From Lepidodermella squamata (lineage: Eukaryota > Animalia > Gastrotricha), in NCBI GenBank assembly GCA_047495785.1, contig JBLDXI010000013.1, forward strand, positions 3,658,001-3,722,000: a stretch of DNA of 64,000 bases, in the 5' to 3' direction. The notes beneath the pieces are model-generated. The model was not told the origin of the DNA, searched no databases, and saw only the letters and a program-made list of their open reading frames with translations. The translations under genes and the position numbers were made by a program. Positions 25,801-35,847 of the stretch are shown here, piece by piece (the stretch's first letter is position 1; each line of letters starts with the position of its first letter).

Positions 25801-26299
25801 TGCCAAGATGTTACGTTAGGCCAAGATGTCGTGGGTCAAGATGTCGTACACCCTAACCCTCGTACACATAACGAAAATTTTACCTTTCATAAACCGCATC
25901 GGCCTTGGTTATTTCGCGGTCAGAAGTTCCGTTCAAGCCAAACCAGCGAGCAAGGGTGCGAATAATAGTGCCTGATTGATTTATTAACTGATGCTCGCCG
26001 TTTTCATCATCGAATTCGAGAATTGGTATCTGCCCAACAGGGGTTGCTAAAAATGACCAGCATATTTAATAAAATGAAAATAAATGCCTAGAATGAATTT
26101 TACTCGGCTTGAGCTTTCCCCATTCCGGCATCGTGAGACGGACATCTTCAAAAGGTATCTGCGTAAAATGAACATTTCAATTTTTACTAAAGAATTATAA
26201 GAGACATACGTTGAGGTAAGACAAGGCGATGCGGATCATTTCAGCTTTACCCCGGCCTGTGAAATAAGTGACTTTGACGTTTTTCATTTGAGGAGCCAT
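22896..26299 (-). CDS. Sigma-class-like GST, GST7; intron 3 expanded to about 2.5 kb by transposons
   Basis: Exon 1 26299-26210 MAPQMKNVKVTYFTGRGKAEMIRIALSYLN; exon 2 IPFEDVRLTMPEWGKLKP; exon 3 TPVGQIP..ADAVYE ending near 25884; exon 4 starts at 23385; ends KRPDSKF-TGA; frame preserved. Confidence 0.88.
23427..25853. mobile_element. Foldback-type non-autonomous DNA transposon in GST7 intron 3
   Basis: Imperfect TIRs of about 46 bp (GGGAGTGCGTCATTTTGACCCAAGACACCTTGGCCTAACGTAACAT vs GGGTGTACGACATCTTGACCCACGACATCTTGGCCTAACGTAACAT); subterminal about 15-bp GACATTTTGACCCAA repeats in opposite orientation at the two ends; no clear TSD. Confidence 0.78.
23775..24489. mobile_element. PIF/Harbinger-like MITE nested in the foldback element
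   Basis: TIR AGCT(A/G)GGTTCACGGACT at both ends, TAA on both flanks (23772-23774 and 24490-24492), CpG-rich CGCGAC/GTCGCG internal repeats. Confidence 0.8.
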
Positions 26300-27296
26300 G
26301 GCTTATTGCTTGAAATCAAGAATATCAGTTCTGTATTCTGTTCTGCTGTATTCTGTATTAGCGTTCTAGTTTTAACTCGGGGTTTTTATTACCACTGCGT
26401 ATAGGTCAAGAGACGGATTTTGACCGCAGGGCAAAAGATGTCTACCAATGTGGGGCATAAACATAACGTAACATTACATTTTCTTTATTTTTGGGATTAA
26501 AAGAAGCAGTAACAAAGAAGCAGTAAAAAACAACAAAACAGGCGTGCTGAGAATAAAAATAATCACTCCGATGTACATAGACACCCTGTCGGTGGTGATC
26601 TGTCAAGCAAAGCGCGTGTCGGAGGAGGACCAGTCTAGAAAACCGATCCCAGTCAAACCGAAATAAATTTCCATCAATGAAACAAAATATATAAAATCCC
26701 ACTAGAAGTAACAGATTCACCAACCCAGACTATGAATTTTCAGCCGCCATTTATTTCTGCCCTTCGCTAAATCATCTGCATCCTCTACATTTTGGATTCC
26801 CAAGTTGTTCTTAATACAGTCGATCCACCTTGGTTTAGGCCTGCCTCTAGGCTGTTTCTAACCCTTCGGAACGTTCCAATGGGACATAAAACTAGGTTAA
26901 AATGTGAAGTGATTTATTAGAGGCTATGGTCGCGTTTTTTTTCTAACAAGACTTAATTGCAGATGAATTTACGTTCCCAAATTAATGTCTAGCCGTGTTG
27001 AATTGGCCTGCATAATACTTATGTTTATTGGGGAAATTTGGCGATTTAAAAGCAAGCTGAGTGCTGCGATTTTTAATTCTGCAATTTTTTATTCACACTG
27101 ATTATCGTAAATTAGCTGTACTATCTATTTGGGGTTGCTAATATTATTTTTTCCAATAAATTAGGAATGCTTAACACTGGAAGATATGTGCAGGAATGAA
27201 TATTGAGAGATGCGAATTATTTTTAGGGAAGCTGTTACCCTCAAATGATTTCAATCAGAAATTGTCAAACCAAAGTCATAAATGTGTGGATTATCT

Positions 27297-28320
27297 TCAG
27301 AACGGCGATTCTGGGCGCTTCTGTAGCCAAGCCTCGATAGCCGGAATAGCCTCGACAGTCTTACGTACTCGCACCAAACACGGGTATTTCGCTTCAATCT
27401 CTTCAATCGCAAACAACGGCGAGCGAGAAATTGCTGAAAAATTGTCACAATAAAAATTGAAGCCATGGTCTATTTTTAGAGTCTTACTAGGCCTGCAAGC
27501 CATGTCATGAGTCATTTGATACATGATGTGAGTCAAGTAAAGATCGGCGTAGGTTAGCTGTCGGAAAATAAAGCAGTTCTCAATGAAAGCCAGAGATAAT
27601 TTTGAAAAATTACCGAATCACCGCCTGCAATAAAATGTGTCCCACCCGCCTTGCATATTTTCTCCAGGTAGCCGAAAATGGTTGGGAAGGTTGTCTCTTT
27701 GAAATCGATGAAAGCCAGGGGCCTTTTCTCAGCGTCAGGTTCCCACATCGCCTTAGCATGGGTGTTATTTAAATCTTGGAGGCTTGAATAGTTTTTTCTT
27801 AATTTCTTGCGAGATTTAAATTGGTTGAAATATTACCATTCGTAAGCTTCATCGGCCAAAGAAGCTTCCTTGTCTGTTTTACCGCTCAGACCGTACCAGC
27901 GGGATATTGATCGAATGATCGAATGAGACTGGATCAGTACGTTATGCTCTCCATTTTCGTCGTCGTATTCAAACATTGGAAGCTGACAGAGAGGAGTATC
28001 TTTTAAATTAGAAAAAATGTATTCTAATTGAATTTAATTAAATAAAAAGTGCAATCTTTATCCGAAAATCGGTTCGAAAGATGGCAACCCAAGATATACA
28101 TCCTTACTCGCTTTAACTGAGCTGATCCATTCAGAGTATTCGATTCGATTATCTTCGAATGGAATCTGCAAAATGTCAAAAATTGTGGGTTACAGCTATC
28201 ACCTTCGGTTTTGGTTGCGTCAGGTCTTACTCCAAGGTAGCTTAGGGCAAATCGTATCGCTTCGGCTTTACCACGGCCATGTAGGAAGGAAAGCTTCGCG
28301 TTCTTGATCAATGGAGACAT
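27297..28320 (-). CDS. Sigma-class-like GST, GST8 (catalytic Tyr replaced by Phe)
   Basis: MSPLIKNAKLSFLHGRGKAEAIRFALSYLG..NTPLCQLP..AWLQKRPESPF-TGA; 6 exons in frame. Confidence 0.9.
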
Positions 28321-28499
28321 TGTGAGTTGAATAAGAAATGAAAATGGTATAATGATAACAAACATTACATCGGATGCTTTAGATACCCAGGTATGCTCTT
28401 GGAATGCGCCAGCCTAAGCTGAGCTAACAAAGGCACAAAATTATTCGTCAAATTCTTGTGATTTTAAAAAATTTGCCGAAATAAGATACAAATAAAATA

Positions 28500-28676
28500 C
28501 AGTGAGTCCTCGCCATAGTACACTCCGTTAAGGTGCACTTATTCGTCATAGTACACGTTTTGGCCGGTCCCAATTATGAGTTAACAAGCTAATTTTGACT
28601 CGCAAGGGTACACTTTTCGCTTAGGTACACCTTTTTCTTGTCCCCCGTGAAAGTGCACTATGGCGAGTACTTACTG
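28500..28676. mobile_element. MITE, Tc1/mariner-pogo type, about 180 bp upstream of the GST8 ATG
   Basis: 25-bp TIR CAGT(G/A)AGT(C/A)CTCGCCATAGT(A/G)CACT with TA on both flanks. Confidence 0.8.
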
Positions 28677-29135
28677 TATAAGACTTCCAGATCAGACTGA
28701 CCTGATCTCTATGAACACTTCATTACTCCAAATATTTGCTATTTAGACCTTGGTCTTTATTGATTCAGATTCAGCAGAACTGCTGACCAGACCGGAACCA
28801 AAAATAATGAATTTCGAAGCCTATATCCTGTTCCAATTCGAACTGGATATATTTTTCTCACAAATTATCGTTAAAATTCTGAAAAAGGGAAGTTCAGGGT
28901 TTAATGGAGGCACCTTTCGATATCGAAACATTGAGAAACACCCGAAAGGATATTTACTACTCGGGTTCCTCGGGGTGGGAGATGAGAGTGATTCACTTTT
29001 AACAATCCGCGACTAAATTAACATCCCCTCAGCTTTTTATTGAAATTTCATGTCTATTCCAACAATTATTCCGTGGTTCAACAAGTGATAGATTCGCTTC
29101 AATTCTTTTCAATATCGTTCTGAATATTTCGGATA

Positions 29136-30087
29136 TCAGAAACTGCTTTTCGGTCGATTTTTCATCCATTCATTTATTGCTGGTATTGCCATGACCGTAT
29201 TCCGAACCACCATCAATGTCGGATATTTGACCTCAAATTCTTCGATATCCATCAGAACCGGGCGCGATACACCTTTTCAAAAATCAACGGAAATTACGAA
29301 AATTTCGGAACGGAAACCATAATTACTTGGGTTGATAGCCATCTCATGAGTGATGAGATAAATTATGTGCGTCAGGGAAAGGTCAGCATAGGTGAGCTAG
29401 AATGATAAATTATGTCCACTCATTTTATAAAAAAAAGGTCATAATTTTTACCGAATCCCCACCCGCAATGAAATTTGCTCCGCCTTTTTTCGCGATTTTC
29501 TCCAAGTGGCCGAAAATCAACGGAATTTTGAATTCTTTGAGATCAGCAAAAGCTTGTGCCTTTTTATCAGGATCTTGCTCCCACAGAGCCTTGATGTGGA
29601 GGACAATGAAATCTTGCAAGCTGACAATTATAAAAATTTTGTTTGTGACCTTCGAAATAGTTAATAGATCACCATTCATAGACTTCATCTGCAATTGCAG
29701 CTTCCTTGTCCGACGTACCGCTGAACCCGAACCAGCGAGCTAATGATCGCAGGATTGAGTGCGACTGAATCATGACGTGGTGTTCACCCTGCTCATCGTC
29801 ATACTCGAAAACTGGCACTTGTCCGATCGGTGTAGCTACGAAAACAAAGGAAATTAGGTGACCCTTCTTAATGTGAAAATTACTTGATTTTATGGTATTT
29901 ATCCAATCAGTATGGCTGATTCGATAGTCTTCGAAAGCAATCTGGGAGTGAATGGAGATACTTTTATGGTTTCAGGCAATTCGAAGTCTAAACTTACTCC
30001 AGCGTAACTCAGAGCCATGCGAATGGTTTCAGCTTTTCCTCTGCCTTGAAAATAGGAAATCTTCGCGTTTTTAAGGACCGGAGCCAT
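29136..30087 (-). CDS. Sigma-class-like GST, GST9
   Basis: MAPVLKNAKISYFQGRGKAETIRMALSYAG..TPIGQVP..NRPKSSF-TGA; 6 exons. Confidence 0.9.
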
Positions 30088-30591
30088 TGAAATATAATTG
30101 ATCCTAAACTTAAAGGAACTGAGCCTTCAAAGCTGTAAGAAATATTATCGTTTAGCGTCAGATTTCCAATTTCCACCGCTGCTACGGAATTTCATGGAAT
30201 TCATGGAATTTTTCCAGCATTTTTGAGTCGAGTCGAAAAGCTGAGCAAACATCAAATAAAATGCGTTAGTGAGTTTTGCTAATCATGCCTCAGCGGGAAA
30301 AATGTCACCAAAAATTTTGAATTTTCCCGAGAGAATTCTGACAAATTCTGAGTAATTTTAACATTAGGAATGTAAATATAAAAAAAACCCTCAATAAAAT
30401 CTGATATTTTATTCAAGAAATAATTGAGAAATTAGGCGTTATTGAGAACATAAAGATTTCCGGCGTCAAAGTCATTCATGCGTATAAATTATTCATCTGT
30501 CGTAGTCGTGTTCATCTGTTTTGTTATTTCAGCAATAAAATTCGAATTAAAATGAACATGTTTAGCAAAACATTTCAAAGCACGTAAAAGT

Positions 30592-33194
30592 TCAACCGCG
30601 ACTTTCGCGATAACGAAGTACAAAATAGATGATCACCAAACACGTGACTTGCATCATCCAAACGTAGCGGTTGAAGCGGCCGAAAAGCGGCTGAACTGCA
30701 ACCGGGTCCCAGCCGCCCTCTTGTCCGGCCGTCGCGCCTGTCCTCAGGCCCAACTTCATCGCACCTTCCGAGCGGCACCGAATCGTCGAGCGCGCCTTAC
30801 AATGCCACGAATCCAGCTTATGAATCTTACTGATCGGCATCGGCTGTTGCATCCACCTTATCGCATCGTGCATAGTCACGACGAAAACATCGGGAAGCTT
30901 CGACATTTCAGCTAGAAACGCGTCCAAGGCTTTGACTAAATAGTCCTTGGTATGCCATTTCGAGCTGAAACTGAACATGATAGGCGCGCGATTGCCGCGG
31001 TGTTTGTAATTTCGGTACAAATTCAGTTGTAACATTGCCAGCATTTCCTTCTCGTCCTCAGGCTGGTGTTGGCAGTTATCGGCGAATCGGCATAGTTCGC
31101 CCTCGAGATCGGTTAGGAAGCTCATGGGCACCTCCCAGACGCCAGGGTGAGCCGAACCTGGGCACGGGTAGCTGGTACAATCGGCCATTGACGAGACAGT
31201 TGGGTTGAAGTCGAAGGTGAACGGGTAGAATTGATTGTGGAGGAAGGCGAGACGGCTGGCTCCGCTGTCGAAAGCTGCAAATTTCGATTTGTTAGCCGGG
31301 CGTTCTTCCTGTGGCTTAACCGGGTTTCGGTAGGTAAGAGTCTATTCAACAAAATTCCGAAACTTTCCAATTTCATCAATTCGAAAATGACTAGGAAATA
31401 ACTAACCGAATCGTAGAGAAATTTCGCGGATCTTAGAGCTGAGAATTGCTTATCACCGCCACTCTAAAAATAAAGAAGTAAAATTAGGAATTTGTGAAAA
31501 AAGACTGAAACTGAGGCCAATATTAGGCTGGAAAAATAAATCTGACAATTTTCTTGAAACAAAATTCCTATAATTTGCGAAGGCCGAGCATTTTTTAAGG
31601 AATCTCCATGAGAAACACTTCGAATAAACTTAATACAATCAATAAACGAATAAATAAATACAATAAATTCGAGGACAATATTTTTTACAGTAAAATCAAG
31701 GTAAGGTTACAATGTTACAGAAATAATTTTCCAATTTTTTGTAATTTCGGCCTCATCTACCCCGGATCTACGCTATAATGCTTTCTGGGACCTTGGGGAT
31801 TTGTTATAATTTTAGCGACCGAGTACAATCAGGTTGGTAAAAGGTTCCATTAAAAGTTTCCAAGGTTCCAAGAAATATTACTGATTTGAAGATCGATTTT
31901 GTTTATAAATGTCATCGAGCTTGGATAAGATCCCATTTCAGACGCCTTGTCTCCATTGCTTCAACCTAACAATTGGTCGTTTTTACTTGGCAATAAATGC
32001 AACTACTTGAATATATTTGACGAAAATGTGAACAGCTCTTTGTATCATTAGACTGATATCATTTAGAGTTTATAGGAATCTTTTGATATCAAATTCGAGT
32101 AATTCGCGAAATCCCATTTTATGCCAATTAAATAGCTGGAGATGGCTCCTTTCATTGGTCGATTTTATAGGTTTTAGAACGACAGTAATAAAAATGTATT
32201 CGTTAAGTTCGAAAACCTTTAAATTTAAGAAATCTAATTCAGAAACCCTAATTTTGGGAGGTCCACTAAGCACAGTCTTTATTACTAAGGCTAAATTTCA
32301 GTGTTGGTGGAGCCTGAATTTCTTTTGGGAGTTTCAACCAAATAAAAAATTAAAATTCCCAACCTGCGAAAAAGGTGTCCTCCAACCGCGAATTTCAGCC
32401 AACGGAATTTGCGACCTCTTATGCAGCTGAGTTCGAAAATCTGTCATCGCATCGCTGAGCTCTTCCACGGAGCCATGCTGCCAAAACTGCTGACCACGAG
32501 TTTGCGCCGACGACGTCGAACCAGTCAACGCAATTTCCATACCCCGCTCCCACAACTTGGCGACTAGGCAATAATCCGTCGAATTATTCACATCGACAAA
32601 AATGGTCGCAGCCTGTGCGCAACCGTGGGCATTACGCCTCGTCAACGGGAACAATTTCCGATACACCTCCAGCGAATCTTTCGAAACAGAATCGTGAAAC
32701 ACCATCAACACCATTTGCGGCGTGTTTTGAAGGGACATTCCATAGGGCGGCTGGGCAATGATGCATTGGCAAAATGGAGGCGGGCATCGTTCCAGGGAGC
32801 ATTGCATAGGCGCAGCGATATCAGCATCGGCCATCGCAGCTTCAGGTGAAGCTGGCGTCGTAGTTGTGGTCGACTTGTTTTTGCGCTTGTTTTTAATCGC
32901 TTGAAGCCGGGCGAGTTCGTCCTTACTCATAACCGCCTTCATTGTGAAGGTTTCGTCGGCTGGGGCGGCGGTAATTGGCCCCACTGAGCCTTGGTTGACC
33001 GCTGTTTCGATTTTAGGCGTGGTTGATGGGCGGTTTTTTCGTGCTTCTTTCTCTTTGTTGAGCGCTTCAATTTCTGCCGGCGAGAGAAATGGCTTCATAA
33101 CAACTTCGCCTTCTTCTACCGGAGGGTTCGCCCCGGTAAAGCTCAAAAGAATGACCAAAGTCAAGCATAAGGGCAAAATTAGTTTAGTTATCAT
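30592..33194 (-). CDS. Chitin deacetylase-like (CE4 / NodB-type) membrane-anchored protein, about 545 aa, probably catalytically inactive
   Basis: Exons 33194-32364, 31463-31407 and 31341-30592 join in frame; signal peptide; C..CPPPFCQC; PQMVLMVFHD; GWRTPF; FLYDS; YPFTFD; PGVWEVPM; NRAP; DVFVVTMHDAIRWMQQP (all typical of the animal CDA fold); C-terminal hydrophobic helix. Confidence 0.85.
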
Positions 33195-33484
33195 TTCTAG
33201 TAGAATTCAAGTGTTATTTTAAAATTTGCTGAATTGAATTTCATTCATAAAATGATCTTTAAGCGGCGCGTGTCGTCTGTTATTCGCAGCACGCGTTTTT
33301 TTTCTTGGGAAACAGATGGAGGTTTATAAGCGAATTTCCATTATTTTGTGAAAAATAAAATTCCGAAAATTGCCTCAAATATAAATGTAGCCTGCCAGTC
33401 GCTAGTTGTGTACTCTACAGGTATCCGTGAGAAATCGTTCACAACACAAAAATTGCTAGAATTTTCCCAGAAATAGGTATACCG

Positions 33485-34346
33485 CACAGGAAAAAAAAGG
33501 CATGAATTCAGGCTTTTTGCTAACATTAGCGAGCTCATACGCGATCCTTGTAATTCGGGCCCTATGCGTATCCTTATTCATGCCTTTTTAGAAAAGGCAT
33601 TAACCGCATGAACGTTTTTTACAGCCCCTGAATTCATGGGTTTTTAGTTTTTAGGATGTGTGAATATTTAAATGAGGGAAAAAATAGAGAGCAGAAAAAA
33701 TGACGCATTGGCGGGGACTCGAACCCTAGTCTCTAGAGTTACAGGCGAGGATTCTTACCACTTTACTACCAATGCTTAGATGAAAACTAATGCTCACATC
33801 GCCTAATCATCACCTTTTTCTGTTGGACTTGTGCTTTTTCAAATGAAGAATTTTCAGCGCCGAAACACTGGCATTTGGGCCGATGCGCCGCAGCTTTTTT
33901 AACACAGAAATGCTCAATTCCAATCTATACTGTAACCAAGATGCAATCTGGGTAATTTACGATCACTCGAATTGAAATAATTGATATCCTATTGATCATC
34001 GTGGAGAGTTTTCTGCTTTCTAAAGCTAAGAGATATAAAACTTGATTGAAATTGGGTGGATACCTCGTCTTGATGCTTATTGTAGCCCGTAAAGTTCAGT
34101 AACTGAAGAATAAATATCAATGCAGTGTGTTATTTCAATTCAATTTAATTGAAATATAATGCGCTTTGAAAAGCATGAAAATCAAGCACATGATTTACAA
34201 GCTTTCATAAAAAAGCGTGAATTCGGGTCGCAAAAGTCCCTGTATTTCATGCCCCCAAGTTAGGGCTCGATTTTTTTCCCCGAATTCATGTCGCGTGCTG
34301 AGATTCATGCCTTTGAAAACGGAATTCATGCCTTTTTTTTCCTGTG
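33485..34346. mobile_element. CACTA/EnSpm-like (CMC superfamily) non-autonomous element
   Basis: Perfect 25-bp TIR CACAGGAAAAAAAAGGCATGAATTC, 2-bp CG duplication, repeated CATGAA/TGAATTCATG subterminal motifs. Confidence 0.8.
33704..33775 (-). pseudogene. tRNA-Gly-derived pseudogene or Pol III promoter cassette inside the transposon
   Basis: GCATTGGTAGTAAAGTGGTAAGAATCCTCGCCTGTAACTCTAGAGACTAGGGTTCGAGTCCCCGCCAATGCG: perfect 7-bp acceptor stem GCATTGG/CCAATGC as in eukaryotic tRNA-Gly, A box, B box GGTTCGAGTCC, T6 tract 3 nt downstream; anticodon stem unpaired. Confidence 0.72.
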
Positions 34347-35847
34347 CGTAACGTGTGGCGATTGTGGACACGGCAACTTTGGACACTTTCGGTTTTGCAG
34401 GTGTTTAGCTTTTCAGGGTTGAACGTTTAAATCATGGGGGTTTTCGCATAAAATTCCCCGTCTCTTCACCTTTCGTTTGAAATAAAAATCAAGACTATTG
34501 GAGCTGAAATCGTATTTCAGAAAAAGTTAAACTTTGGGTGCCGTTTTGGGACCCCCCCTTCTATCTTTCTAATAATCGATCAGTTTTCAATAAAAGTTGG
34601 CATGATTATTCTCCTATCTTTACTCTCCCTATAATCAAAGAAAAAATGGCAATCCGTCGACGCATTTTAGCAGGGCATTTACTTGAAAAAAGGTGAAAAT
34701 TGGGGTAATTTTGGACACTTTTGGGCGGTTTAAGTATGCTGCTGCGCAGAATTGTATTTTTATTGAATTTCCGAGAAACAGATGATGCGCCCGCCATCTG
34801 TTCATAATTTTTTTCGAAATCTGACCGAAGATTAAATGAAAAACCATGAAAAACAGATAATTCACAATGAAATTGCAATGAAATTGCATATGCAAATGAG
34901 TGTCCAAAACTACCCTCTAATTGTCCAAAGTTACCAGAACACATTTCAATTTGCCGAAAAGCCAGGTAAAATTCTGAACATTCTGAACCTTTGGTGAAAA
35001 TGTCAGAAATTTAGGAGCAAAGGCTGATTTTCAATGTTCGAAAAACACGTTTTGTCCAAAGTTACCACACGTTACGGTAGGGTCCAAAAATATTTGCACC
35101 ACTTACTAAAAATGAGGTTCTAGCACTAAATTTAAGCGTCCTCAAAACTAGTGCTGGAACCCCAAATTTGGGGTGGACACTTGGCACTTGGCATACCCAG
35201 AAATAAACCTGTATTCACAGAGTCCTGACAATTAAAGTGTAGCGAGCAATTCTACAGGAATCCTTTATTACTGAAATAAATACATCATTAATCATAGATT
35301 CCCTAAGGTACCTGAGTTTGAAAAGGTTCAATGAGACCACGTACTACTTTAGAATTTGTATCACCTGCCTCTATTCCAGGAATAATTTTCGCCCCAATGA
35401 TAAGACCGGAAAAACGATTTCACTCAAAAAGGGGAAACTCAACCTGCCCCTGGAGATGTTCCCTTTTTATAGGCCAATTATGTATTAAGCCTTGCATTTT
35501 TTCCTCGGCAAATTTGAATTATTGTTCATCTGCATTCCTCACCTTCGTTTTCATATTAAATATCCTTGACGTAACGGCTAAATGTAGGCACACAAAAGTT
35601 TAGCCTACTCACCGCTACTCGGAATTTTCCAGACCCTCGGGAAGGAAGTTGGGCGATGGAAGCTTGAAATCTAAGAACGTTGACATTAATGGATCATCTA
35701 AAACTGTTGGCTACTTCCGCCCTTCATGCGTGAGTTTTACAGTGACGGGGCTTCGAAGGTACCACGCGTTGTACTTTACTTTCCCGGGATGAGCCCGATG
35801 CATTGCATTTTTTTCATGTTTTTACAGACATTTGAAAAATCTTCGAC

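Larger units (their letters stand above)
33482..35077. mobile_element. pogo/Tc1-like non-autonomous element with its left TIR split by a second insertion
   Basis: TA-CCG[insert]CGTAACGTGTGG at the left and CCACACGTTACGG-TA at the right; internal AACTTTGGACA/TGTCCAAAGTT subterminal repeats. Confidence 0.78.

Noticed and set aside
33704-33775. Functional tRNA-Tyr(GTA)
   Set aside because: The body is tRNA-Gly-like, the anticodon stem cannot pair (CTCGC/TCTAG), the T-stem has a mismatch, and it lies in a transposon.
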